Shown in pieces: positions 29,260 to 38,411 of a stretch of 64,000 nucleotides of DNA. Source of the DNA: Candidatus Eiseniibacteriota bacterium (GTDB lineage: Bacteria > Eisenbacteria > RBG-16-71-46 > JABDJR01 > JAWXBZ01). The stretch covers positions 29,563 to 93,562 of the forward strand of contig JAWXBZ010000235.1 in NCBI GenBank assembly GCA_034440375.1, in the 5' to 3' direction. Each line of letters starts with the position of its first letter. The first letter of the stretch is position 1. Under the pieces are notes generated by a model, which searched no databases, was not told where the DNA came from, and saw nothing but the letters and a program-made list of their open reading frames with translations. The position numbers were made by a program, and so were the translations under genes.

Positions 29260-31272
29260 TCAGAGCGAAATGGCGTCGGCATCGACTGAAATCGGCCGTC
29301 TCGCCGGTGGAATCGGAAGCTCCCAGTGCTGTGGGGCGGCGTCGGCCCTGGCCGTGGCTCCGGGAACCAGGTCGAGGACGACGGCTGTTTCATCGCAGGC
29401 ATGGCGACGTGGGCAGTGAATGCAGTCGGTCCACACTTTTCGCGGCAACGACTCGCGCGTCACGATGCGAAAGCCGCAACGCTCGAAAAACGCCACCTCC
29501 CGCGTCAGGGCGATGACACGCTCGAGCCCGATTGGTCGGGCATCCTCCACGACCTCTGCCACCAGCATCCGGCCGAGACCCAGGCCCTGGGCGTCGCTCC
29601 GGATGGCCAGCGAACGGACCTCGCCCAGGTCGTCCCACAGGACACGCAGGGCACAGCAACCGACCACCTCACCGTTCCGTTCGGCCACGTGGAATTCGCG
29701 CACCGACTGGTACAGCTCTCCGACTGGCCTCGGCAAGAGTGTTCCGTCTGCGATGTGTCCCGACATGAGCCGCGAGATGGCCGGGACGTCGGTGGGGAGG
29801 GCCCGGCGGAGCCTGATATTGGCCGCCAGGGCCGGCGGTGATTGCGCGGAAGGCGTGTCGGTTTCAGCCGGCGCCGACGCGGTCATTTGAACAGGCGTCA
29901 CGCCGAGGCGTTCTGCGTGCCGCGCAAGCTGCCTCGCCACCGATTCCGGACCTCCGCCCGGCGTGGCGTTGCGACGAACAACGGCCGCTTCATGATCGAG
30001 CGTGGCCAGCGTGGCGTCGTTGAAGTGGGGCGAGATCGACAACCGCTCCGCGGATGGCAGTTGGGAGGGGGCCACCCGGGCCGCCTCAGCCGCCAGCCAC
30101 AGCCGGCCGACGGCCGAATGCGCCTCCCGAAACGGCAGGCCCCGCCCGACGAGAAGATCGGCCAGTTCGACGGCCAGGAGGTCGTCACCGAGGCCTTCGC
30201 GGATCCGATCAGGCCGAGGCGCCAATGCCTCGATCGCGGCCGGCAGGACGCCGAGCAGTGCTTCGAGCGTGGCCGCTGTGTCGAAAATGGCCTCCTTGTC
30301 TTCCTGCAGATCCTTTTGATAGCTCGACGGCAGTCCCTTCAGCACAATGGCCAGCCGGCTGGCATTGGCGATCAGTCGCCCGGACTTGCCCCGTGCCAGT
30401 TCGAAGAGATCCGGATTGCGCTTCTGCGGCAGGAGGCTCGACCCGGTCGAAAAGCCATCGGGCGGTGCGTACCAGCCAAAGCCGGGCGAGCACCAGAGGA
30501 CCAGGTCCTCGGCCATGCGACTCAGATGAACCGCCAGCGTCGAGGCGGCACCGAGGTAGTCGAGCGCAAAGTCGCGATCTCCCACGGCGTCGACGGAATT
30601 GTCGGCGGCGCGGGTGAAACCGAGCCGGCGGCTCAGGGCACCTCGATCGTAGACCAGCGGTGTGCCCGCCACGGCGCCGGCACCGAGCGGCATCCGGTCG
30701 GCCGACTCGCGGGCGGCGCGGAAACGATCCTCATCGCGGAGGAACGCCTCGACATGCGCCAGCCAGAGGTGTGCCAGGCGGACGGGCTGCGCGGGCTGCA
30801 GGTGGGTCTGGGCCGCCGCATTGAGATTGCCGGCCAGTACGGCCTGGTGAAGCAACGCGCGGGCAAGCTCCTGAAGACCCGCGACGGTATCGTCGCAGAG
30901 GCGGAGAACCCGCAGGCGGACCAGCGTGACGACCTGATCGTTGCGGCTTCTTCCGGTATGGATTTTCAGTCCGGCGTCGCCGGCCCGGCGGACCAGCTCC
31001 GCTTCGATCGCCGAGTGGATGTCCTCCCCGACTAGCGTCTGCCGGCCCGATTCCAGATCGGCCTGGATGTCGAGCACCGCGCGATTCAATGCCGCACACT
31101 CGGAGGAGGAGAGAATTCCCGCCTCGACCAGCGAGTCGGCATAGGCCCGGGCCAGTGCCAGCTCTTCCGGCCAGAGCACCCGGTCGATCGGCAGGGACTC
31201 GTTCAGCGCCTGCGCCCGCGGGTCGAGCCCGCCGAGGCGCCCCGCCCAGAGGCGGTGGTCAGTCGTTGCCAT
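29260..31272 (-). CDS. argH: Argininosuccinate lyase fused to a C-terminal GNAT N-acetyltransferase domain (ArgH(A)-type bifunctional protein)
   Basis: ASL N-terminus MATTDHRLWAGRLGG...ALNESL and fumarate-lyase signature. C-terminal about 170 aa is GNAT (IRLRRALPTDVPAISRLM...RSLAIRSDAQGLGLGRMLV). ATG at 31272. Confidence 0.8.
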   Translation of the reverse strand: MATTDHRLWAGRLGGLDPRAQALNESLPIDRVLWPEELALARAYADSLVEAGILSSSECAALNRAVLDIQADLESGRQTLVGEDIHSAIEAELVRRAGDAGLKIHTGRSRNDQVVTLVRLRVLRLCDDTVAGLQELARALLHQAVLAGNLNAAAQTHLQPAQPVRLAHLWLAHVEAFLRDEDRFRAARESADRMPLGAGAVAGTPLVYDRGALSRRLGFTRAADNSVDAVGDRDFALDYLGAASTLAVHLSRMAEDLVLWCSPGFGWYAPPDGFSTGSSLLPQKRNPDLFELARGKSGRLIANASRLAIVLKGLPSSYQKDLQEDKEAIFDTAATLEALLGVLPAAIEALAPRPDRIREGLGDDLLAVELADLLVGRGLPFREAHSAVGRLWLAAEAARVAPSQLPSAERLSISPHFNDATLATLDHEAAVVRRNATPGGGPESVARQLARHAERLGVTPVQMTASAPAETDTPSAQSPPALAANIRLRRALPTDVPAISRLMSGHIADGTLLPRPVGELYQSVREFHVAERNGEVVGCCALRVLWDDLGEVRSLAIRSDAQGLGLGRMLVAEVVEDARPIGLERVIALTREVAFFERCGFRIVTRESLPRKVWTDCIHCPRRHACDETAVVLDLVPGATARADAAPQHWELPIPPARRPISVDADAISL

Positions 31273-32572
31273 GAAGGACGACCTCCGCCGTTTCGGTGTG
31301 GATACTGGACATGGATTCATCGGGTGTGTTCCCGGGGATCGATTTCATCAAGGCCGGGGCGACATCCCCGTGCCGCACCTGGCGCGACGTGGCCACCATC
31401 GGCAACCCGAAGAGGCGGATGAAACCCTCGGCATCCTTTGGACGATAGCCCGCCATGTCGAAGGAGGCGAGCGCATTGTCGTAGAGCGAATTAGGACTGG
31501 TGCGGGCCACGGCACGGACCTGCCCCTGGTGAAACTCGAGCGTGACCGTGCCCGCCGCGACCGACATCGCTTCGTCAAAGAATGCCGACAGTGAGCGGCG
31601 GAGCGGCGAAAACCAGAGTCCGTTATAAATGAGGTCGGCCAGCGTGAGGGCCATCGTTGCTCGCGTCCGATGGAGATCGTGTGGAAGCACGAGACGGGCC
31701 AGATCTTCGAGCGCCTCGTGGAGCGCCGTTCCAGCCGGCGTCTCGTACACCCCACGGGACTTCATGCCGACCAGCCGACTCTCGACGAGATCGGCCCGGC
31801 CGACGCCGTGACGTCCGGCGAGAAGGTTGAGTTGCTCGACCAGCGGGACGGGATCGAGCCGTGCGCCGTCGAGAGCCACCGGAATGCCCGCCTCGAACGT
31901 GACATCGATCGTGTCGGGAAGTGATGGACGTTGGGCCGTAGCCGCCGTCAACCGGTAGAGCGATTCGGGTGCCGGGTTGGCCGGATCCTCGAGCAGGCCC
32001 CCCTCGTGGCTCATGTGCCACAGGTTGGCATCACGCGAGTAGAGATCGGCGGTTGTCTGCTTGACCGGGATATCGTGCCGCGCCGCGTAGGCGAGCGCTT
32101 CCTCACGCGATGAAATATCCCATTCGCGCCAGGGGGCGATGATCGGAAGCTCGGGCGCAAGGGCCATGGCGGTCAGCTCGAAGCGGACCTGATCGTTCCC
32201 CTTGCCGGTGCACCCGTGGGCCAGGGCATCGCAACCGGTGGCACGGGCCGCGGCGACCTGCCGCTCGGCGATCAGGGGACGCGCGAGCGCGGTGCCAAGA
32301 AGGTAGCGCCCCTCGTACAACGCGCCCGCCTTGAGGGCAGGGAACACGTAGTCGGTCAGGAATGGCCGGCGCAGGTCCTCGAGAATCACCTGGTCGGCAC
32401 CGATGCGGCGAGCCCGATCATGGAGGTCGGAGAGTTCATCCCCCTGGCCCAGGTCGGCGCAGAAGGCCACGACCTGGCAGCCGTACTTTTCCTTGAGCCA
32501 GGGGACGATGATGCTGGTGTCGAGTCCGCCCGAATAGGCCAGGGCCACACGGCGGTAGGTGTGTGCAGTCAT
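31259..32572 (-). CDS. argG: Argininosuccinate synthase
   Basis: VALAYSGGLDTSIIVPWLKE PP-loop. Full-length ArgG homology. Confidence 0.9.
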   Translation of the reverse strand: MTAHTYRRVALAYSGGLDTSIIVPWLKEKYGCQVVAFCADLGQGDELSDLHDRARRIGADQVILEDLRRPFLTDYVFPALKAGALYEGRYLLGTALARPLIAERQVAAARATGCDALAHGCTGKGNDQVRFELTAMALAPELPIIAPWREWDISSREEALAYAARHDIPVKQTTADLYSRDANLWHMSHEGGLLEDPANPAPESLYRLTAATAQRPSLPDTIDVTFEAGIPVALDGARLDPVPLVEQLNLLAGRHGVGRADLVESRLVGMKSRGVYETPAGTALHEALEDLARLVLPHDLHRTRATMALTLADLIYNGLWFSPLRRSLSAFFDEAMSVAAGTVTLEFHQGQVRAVARTSPNSLYDNALASFDMAGYRPKDAEGFIRLFGLPMVATSRQVRHGDVAPALMKSIPGNTPDESMSSIHTETAEVVLHGND

Positions 32573-34599
32573 GAGCGACCTCCCAAACTTTCCGAGACCG
32601 GCGACAGCCGGCCGAGCGCCCTGCCCAACCGGGCAAGAGCATCGTCAATATCAGCAACAGCAACATTCAGCGGCGGAAGCACCCGAACGCTCCAGCTTCC
32701 CGCCTTGCACAACAACAGCCCCTCGTCACGACAGGCGCCAACCAGCGCGGCCGGATCGAATCCCGCCGATTCGTCGATCTCGATAGCCCGAAGGAGGCCC
32801 AATCCGCGCGAGGCGGTCAGCGCGTCAAAACTTGCCACCAGTCGCTCGAGGCCGGCCGCGAGATACACGCCGCGCTCGGCGATGTTGTTCAGAAATCCGG
32901 GTCGGCTGATCGTGTCGAGCAGGTAGCCGGCCGCGGCGGCCGCGACGGGATTGCCGCCGAACGTCGTTCCGTGCTGGCCGGGTTCCAGGAGTCCCGCCAG
33001 TTCGTTGCGAATCAGGACGGCGCCGATCGGAATGCCGCCGCCCAGCCCCTTGGCCAGAATCGTGATGTCCGCCTGAACGCCGGCCTGTTCAGCCGCCAGG
33101 AATGTGCCGGAACGGCCGGCACCGCATTGGACTTCGTCGAAAAGCAGCAGCGCGCGATTCTCCGTCGTGCGACGACGAAGGTGATGCAGGAACGACGAGT
33201 CCGCCACGCGCGCTCCCGCCTCGCCCTGAACCGGTTCGATCAGCACGGCGTCGAGGGGTTTTCCTTCGGCCTCGATTTCGGAAAGAAGCGCATCGAACGC
33301 CGCGGGGTCATTGAACGGCGCGAACCGGACTCCCGGGACCAGGGGCTCGAATGGCTCGCGGTAGGCCGGCGTGGCCGTGGCCGACAGGGCGAAGGCCGTC
33401 CGCCCGTGGAAGGAGCCATCAAAGGCGACAATGACCCCGCTGTTCCGGCCGGCGGTCCGCGCGTGAAGTCGTGCGAACTTGAGGGCGGCCTCGTTTGCTT
33501 CCGTGCCCGAGTTGCACAGAAAGACCCGGTCATAGCCGGTGAGGGCTACGAGGCGTTCGGCCAGTTCGATGGCCGGCCGATTGCCGAACAGGTTCGACAC
33601 GTGAACCAGTCGATCCATCTGGCGGCAGACCGCCACCCGGAGGCCACGGTCGGCGTGACCGAGTGTGTTCACCGCGATGCCACTGACGAAATCGAGGTAC
33701 TCCCGTCCGTCCGCGTCGACGACCCGGCATCCCGAACCGTGAGACAGTTCGAGTCGGGGCAGGGGATAAACGGCGGCAAACAGATCCGACTCCGTCACCG
33801 TCGTGGCATCGATTCCGGCGCCCGTTGCCAGGAGCCGGGTCAGATCGCCAATCGATGTCCAGGTGGAGATGATGGCCTGACGAACACCCGCCTCGACCGA
33901 TTGACATGCCGCTCCGAGCTTCGGCTTCATGCCACCGGTCACCTCGATGTGTGACAGGAGCCGCTGGGCCTGATCCAGGTTGATCGTTCCCACCGGTCTG
34001 GATTCGATGGTGACTGCCGGGACATCCGACAAAAAGAGGATCGTGTCGGCGCCGAGGGCCACAGCGACGGCCGCCGCGGCCTCGTCGGCGTTGATGTTCC
34101 AGACACCTCCAGCCCGATCCATCCCGATGGTCGAGAGGACCGGCACCCGGCCCGTGGCCATGAGATCTTCCAGCAGGCCGGTGCTGACGTTCGATACGTG
34201 TCCGACATGACCCAGGCGGGCGGCATGCGGGTGGGGCTCGGCTTCCAGCGTGCGGGCGTCGATTCCGGAAAGCCCCACGGCCTCGACACCCCCCGCGAGC
34301 AGGCCCGCCACCAGGCGACTGTTGACGAGGCCCGTCAGGACCGCCGTAGCCACATCGAGAACAGCCTCATCCGTCACACGAAGACCATCCTCAAAGCGGC
34401 TATCCAGCTTGAGGTTATCGCACCAGCTATTGACGTCCTTGCCCCCGCCGTGGACCAGCACAATGGGACGACTCAGTGACGCCAGATCGGCGGCGAAATC
34501 GGCCATGCCGGTCGAATCCTCAAGCGCCCGCCCGCCGAGCTTGATCACCAGCGGTGTGGTGGATGACGCCGTCGGGGCGTCGCCAAGAATGCGCGTCAC
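32569..34599 (-). CDS. argB/argD: Fused acetylglutamate kinase (ArgB, N-terminal about 270 aa) - acetylornithine aminotransferase (ArgD, C-terminal about 400 aa) in one continuous frame
   Basis: ArgB motifs (LVIKLGGRAL...VLVHGGG...ADEAAAAVAVALGADTILFLSDVPAV). These run directly into the ArgD N-terminus (DLFAAVYPLPRLELSHGSGCRVVDADGREYLDFVSGIAVNTLGH), with the ArgD PLP-lysine region further on. Start is a GTG at 34599 overlapping the argC TGA (GTGA). Confidence 0.75.
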   Translation of the reverse strand: MTRILGDAPTASSTTPLVIKLGGRALEDSTGMADFAADLASLSRPIVLVHGGGKDVNSWCDNLKLDSRFEDGLRVTDEAVLDVATAVLTGLVNSRLVAGLLAGGVEAVGLSGIDARTLEAEPHPHAARLGHVGHVSNVSTGLLEDLMATGRVPVLSTIGMDRAGGVWNINADEAAAAVAVALGADTILFLSDVPAVTIESRPVGTINLDQAQRLLSHIEVTGGMKPKLGAACQSVEAGVRQAIISTWTSIGDLTRLLATGAGIDATTVTESDLFAAVYPLPRLELSHGSGCRVVDADGREYLDFVSGIAVNTLGHADRGLRVAVCRQMDRLVHVSNLFGNRPAIELAERLVALTGYDRVFLCNSGTEANEAALKFARLHARTAGRNSGVIVAFDGSFHGRTAFALSATATPAYREPFEPLVPGVRFAPFNDPAAFDALLSEIEAEGKPLDAVLIEPVQGEAGARVADSSFLHHLRRRTTENRALLLFDEVQCGAGRSGTFLAAEQAGVQADITILAKGLGGGIPIGAVLIRNELAGLLEPGQHGTTFGGNPVAAAAAGYLLDTISRPGFLNNIAERGVYLAAGLERLVASFDALTASRGLGLLRAIEIDESAGFDPAALVGACRDEGLLLCKAGSWSVRVLPPLNVAVADIDDALARLGRALGRLSPVSESLGGRS

Positions 34600-35633
34600 C
34601 ACGCGCGGGCTTCCAGGTCGAGGCCGGTGGCTTCGGGCCAGCCGGTCATGAGGTTCAAGTTCTGAATGGCCTGACCCGCGGCCCCCTTCACCAGGTTGTC
34701 GATGGCGGCCGTGGCCAGAAGAGTCCTTCCGCAATGAACGGTCGTGACGGCGACCTGGACCTGGTTGGTGCCATGGACGGCCCGGGTGTCCGGCCACTCG
34801 CCGGCCGGAAGGACCGTGACAAAGGATTCGTCGGCATACCGCTCGATATAACGCTCCCGGGCCAGGGTCTCATGGATTGGCTGCGACAGCGGCGTTGACA
34901 CCGTTGCCAGGATCCCTCGCGACATCGGCACGAGCTGCGGGGCGAACGCCACGGACGGCGTGGTGTTGGCGCCATAGCTCGCGAAGTTTCGTGTCATCTC
35001 CGACACATGTGAGTGGATCTCGCCGACCTTGTAAAAGGAGGCGCTTCCGGCGAGTTCCGCGAAGGAGTTGCTCAACACGGCGCGGCGACCGGCCCCGGTG
35101 ACGCCGGAAAGGGCTGACACCATGACCGCTCCGGTCACCCATCCCGCCTCCACCGCCGGCAGGAGAGCCAGCGTCGCGGCGGTTGGGTAACAGCCGGGAT
35201 TGGCCACGCGGGGCGTGAGGTGTAACCGGGCCCGATTTTTTTCCGTCAGCCCGTAGACGAAGCCCATGGATTCGTCCCTCCAGTCGGCCGACAGGTCGAG
35301 AATTCTTGTCGGGGCCTCAATCCAGGCCGGATTTCCCGCGACCAGTCCGGCCAGCGCTCCATGGGGGAGCGCGCTGACCAGCGTGTCGCAGGTGCCGCGA
35401 CCCAGCAGATCGGCAATCGCTTCCAACGAGATGATCGCTGGAAACTGGCTGGCCTCGCCCCGACCGGTGTCGAAACCGGGGGCCAGACAGCTTGCCGGCT
35501 GCCCGGCCCATTCGCGCGAGGCAAGAGCCGTGATGGTGATCCCGGGATGTCGGCGGGCCAGCCGAAGAAATTCCAGGCCGGCATATCCACTGGCCCCAAG
35601 CAGGGCCACTCGCGCCATGATCGGCGCCGTCAA
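34596..35633 (-). CDS. argC: N-acetyl-gamma-glutamyl-phosphate reductase
   Basis: MARVALLGASGYAGLEFLRLARRHPGI N-terminal NAD-binding region. Catalytic-Cys region (ANPGCYPTAATLAL). Confidence 0.9.
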   Translation of the reverse strand: MTAPIMARVALLGASGYAGLEFLRLARRHPGITITALASREWAGQPASCLAPGFDTGRGEASQFPAIISLEAIADLLGRGTCDTLVSALPHGALAGLVAGNPAWIEAPTRILDLSADWRDESMGFVYGLTEKNRARLHLTPRVANPGCYPTAATLALLPAVEAGWVTGAVMVSALSGVTGAGRRAVLSNSFAELAGSASFYKVGEIHSHVSEMTRNFASYGANTTPSVAFAPQLVPMSRGILATVSTPLSQPIHETLARERYIERYADESFVTVLPAGEWPDTRAVHGTNQVQVAVTTVHCGRTLLATAAIDNLVKGAAGQAIQNLNLMTGWPEATGLDLEARAW

Positions 35634-36130
35634 CGGGCAAGGCTCGATCCGGCGTCGGCCAGGGATTCGAGTTGACGACGGAAGGCCCGCGCGCGGGCCG
35701 CACTGGGTGTGACGACGAGTATGGTGTCGTCCCCGGCCACCGAACCAACCACATCGGTGCTGCAGAGGAGGTCGATCGCGCGGGCGACGCCGTTGGCGTG
35801 ACCAGGTGGGGTGCGGACGATGAGCAGTTGTCCCGCCAGCCGGATTTCGTTGATGAACGACTTGAGATCAAGTTCCTGCCGGTGGCGGTCGACGACCTCG
35901 GTGGCCGGTGACGGGAGTGAGTAGACTGCGCGCCCGTCACGACCCGGCAACTTGCCCACGCCTAAGCTGGCCAGGTCGCGGGACAGCGTGGCCTGGGTGA
36001 CCTGTATGCCGTGACGGCCAAGCGCGGACACGAGTTCCTCCTGGCTGCCGTGCCGTCCATCGGCGATCAGGCGGGCCAGCGGGGCTCGACGTCGTGCCGG
36101 GCCGCGGGGGGCGTGTGCATTAATATTCAT
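35630..36130 (-). CDS. argR: Arginine repressor ArgR
   Basis: Winged-helix region SQEELVSALGRHGIQVTQATLSRDLASLGV. C-terminal oligomerisation domain. ATG at 36130 (MNINAH...). First gene of the arg operon. Confidence 0.85.
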   Translation of the reverse strand: MNINAHAPRGPARRRAPLARLIADGRHGSQEELVSALGRHGIQVTQATLSRDLASLGVGKLPGRDGRAVYSLPSPATEVVDRHRQELDLKSFINEIRLAGQLLIVRTPPGHANGVARAIDLLCSTDVVGSVAGDDTILVVTPSAARARAFRRQLESLADAGSSLAR

Positions 36131-36133
36131 CGA

Positions 36134-36167
36134 TGTGAATAAAAACACAAAACCACTGAAAGTTTCA
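36134..36167. promoter_or_regulatory. AT-rich putative ARG-box operator/promoter region immediately upstream of the argR start
   Basis: A locally AT-rich stretch in a 67% GC genome. It contains TGTGAATAAAAACACA (36134-36149) and the palindrome TGAAAGTTTCA (36157-36167), both resembling TGAAT-N-ATTCA ARG-box half-sites. Confidence 0.35.
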
Positions 36168-36324
36168 AGTAGTATTTTGTCCAGGGCCCGCGCCGGGGCG
36201 CCGATGAGCCCGTTCCACGATCGTCGACACTCGCCTCTTGAATTTCGGGCCCGGCAACCCTAGACTCCTGCGCCTGCATTCACCGGGACTTCTGCGTCCC
36301 GGCGGCGGCGGATCAAGACCGGCT

Positions 36325-36401
<77 letters not shown>

Positions 36402-36575
36402 TCTCCACCGCCACCGCACATCCGCAGCCAATCGTTGGCCCCCGGTTGCGCCCGCCACGCCGATCCTCCTAAACTTTCTCCGGTATCGACGGTTGTTCCG
36501 ATCCATGGTGGCCGGTCTTGATTCCTTTAGGAGGCCCGGCCCTTCCGGTACCTGAGGCCCTGGCATGACAGGAGA

Positions 36576-37331
36576 GTGACTATGAAGCGCCTGATTGGAG
36601 CGATGGTTGCTGCCATCTCCCTCGTGGCGTTGGCAGGATCCGCGATCGCCGCGAAAGAGAAGAGCCAGCTGGCGGTCAAGGTTGATCCCGCCTTCTGGGA
36701 AAAGCCGCTGAACAAGATCGGCCTCCTCGGCATCAGCTATCCGATCTCGAATGACGCCATGATGGCGGAGATCGTGCCGGACCTGATCAACGGCACACTG
36801 CAGGACCAGGGGGAGTTTACACTGCTCTACCCGGATGACATCCGCATGGCGGCCGAGCGCGGGGGATTCAAGCAGGCCTATGACACGCTGATTCGTGTCT
36901 GGCTCTCCCGCGGCGAAATCGATCCACCCAGCCTCGCCACCGTTCAAGCCGCCGTCGGTCTGGATGCCATCGTCGGCGTTGAGTTGACCCACTGGGAGCA
37001 GCACAAGCTGGATTTCAGCGAGGAGGGGTACAGCACGACCACGGTCGGTCTGCGCTCACGACTCTGGAGTGTGTCCGACCGGATTCTCCTGTGGGAGGCT
37101 TCGCTCGTGAAGGTCGGCAAGTCACCGCCCTACGATCCGTCGGGCTCCTCCGCCTCCGACGCCAGCGGCACCAGCCGTCAGACGGTCAAGACGGTGCCCG
37201 ATCCGCCGAAGTATGAAGATATCGCCGAGGATGTTGTGCTCGAAGTGATCGGCTCGTATCCGAAGCCCGAGGACAAGGACCGACTGACCAGGGAAGCCAA
37301 GAAGAAAAAGAAGAAGGAGGCTGGGCGCTAG
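36576..37331 (+). CDS. hypothetical secreted protein with Sec signal and poly-lysine C-terminal tail
   Basis: MTMKRLIGAMVAAISLVALAGSAIAA signal. Ends ...TREAKKKKKKEAGR. No recognisable family. Confidence 0.5.
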   Translation: MTMKRLIGAMVAAISLVALAGSAIAAKEKSQLAVKVDPAFWEKPLNKIGLLGISYPISNDAMMAEIVPDLINGTLQDQGEFTLLYPDDIRMAAERGGFKQAYDTLIRVWLSRGEIDPPSLATVQAAVGLDAIVGVELTHWEQHKLDFSEEGYSTTTVGLRSRLWSVSDRILLWEASLVKVGKSPPYDPSGSSASDASGTSRQTVKTVPDPPKYEDIAEDVVLEVIGSYPKPEDKDRLTREAKKKKKKEAGR

Positions 37332-37379
37332 GTCCGACGGTCGAAATGGATGGCCGGACGCATCAAACCCAAACACGGC

Positions 37380-37883
37380 ATGACTGAAACACCAAACTCA
37401 TCGAGTCAATTCGACGAACGCTGGATGCAGGAAGCCCTGGTCGAGGCCGAACGGGCCGCCGAGGCGGGTGAGGTGCCGGTCGGGGCCGTCATCGTGCACG
37501 ACGGCCGCATTGTTGGTCGTGGCCGGAATCAGATGGAGGGGCTGTCCGACCCGACAGCCCATGCTGAAATTCTGGCGGTCACGGCGGCGGCCAACGCGCT
37601 CAAGTCGTGGCGGCTGGATGGGACAACGGTTTATGTGACGCTGGAGCCATGCGTCATGTGTATCGGCGCCATTTTCAATGCGCGCGTGTCACGCCTGGTG
37701 TTCGCCGCGCACGATCCCAAGCGGGGCGCGGTCGGCTCGGTCATCGACCTCTCCGAGGAGGAAAGGCTCAACCACCACCTGGAGGTTTCCTCGGGGCCAT
37801 TGCGCGAGGAGTCCACCGGGCTCCTCAAGACCTTCTTCGAAGAACTCCGCAAGAGGGCCCGGGCCACCGACAAGACTTCCTGA
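37380..37883 (+). CDS. tadA: tRNA-specific adenosine deaminase TadA (CDA fold)
   Basis: HAEILAV...LEPCVMCIGAI zinc-binding CDA motifs. N-terminus DERWMQEALVEAERAAEAGEVPVGAVIV. Confidence 0.85.
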   Translation: MTETPNSSSQFDERWMQEALVEAERAAEAGEVPVGAVIVHDGRIVGRGRNQMEGLSDPTAHAEILAVTAAANALKSWRLDGTTVYVTLEPCVMCIGAIFNARVSRLVFAAHDPKRGAVGSVIDLSEEERLNHHLEVSSGPLREESTGLLKTFFEELRKRARATDKTS

Positions 37884-37895
37884 GGACGTCGATGG

Positions 37896-38342
37896 TCAGA
37901 TCCCCGACGGGGCACCTGTCTCGTCGGGCTCGACGTGGAAAGTCAGCGCCGCCCGTATGGCATCGGGTATCGGTACCGGCTTCATCGTTTCCTGCGACAC
38001 CGAAACGTGGCGCACGGTCAGTACGGCGCGGAGATCGCCGTCCGGCCCCAGCAGACGGCAGCGGACGATGTAGGAGGTCGACTTGAGCTCCGTCAAGACG
38101 ATTTCACCCGTGATGACCTCGCCGTGGCGCATCGGCCGGCGGTAGCGGCAGTGACTCTCGACGACCGGGATCAGGATCTCGCCATCCTGGATGACGCTCG
38201 AAATTGAAAAGCCGATCGACTCGAGGAAAGACTCGTACACGTCGTGCATCAGGACATAGTACCGGGCGAAGAAGACGATGCCGGCGGCGTCGACGTCGTG
38301 GATTCGAATCGGGAACTCGCGGCGAAAGATATTCGGGCTCAT
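37896..38342 (-). CDS. Acyl-CoA thioesterase, 4HBT/YbgC-like hotdog fold
   Basis: FPIRIHDVDAAGIVFFARYYVLMHDVYESFLES is a typical YbgC/4HBT N-terminus. 148 aa. Confidence 0.7.
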   Translation of the reverse strand: MSPNIFRREFPIRIHDVDAAGIVFFARYYVLMHDVYESFLESIGFSISSVIQDGEILIPVVESHCRYRRPMRHGEVITGEIVLTELKSTSYIVRCRLLGPDGDLRAVLTVRHVSVSQETMKPVPIPDAIRAALTFHVEPDETGAPSGI

Positions 38343-38411
38343 GACACTGGCAATTTATCACCTTCGGCGCGATCGGGGTACCATGGGGAGTTGGATGATC
38401 GTTCGGAGGAC

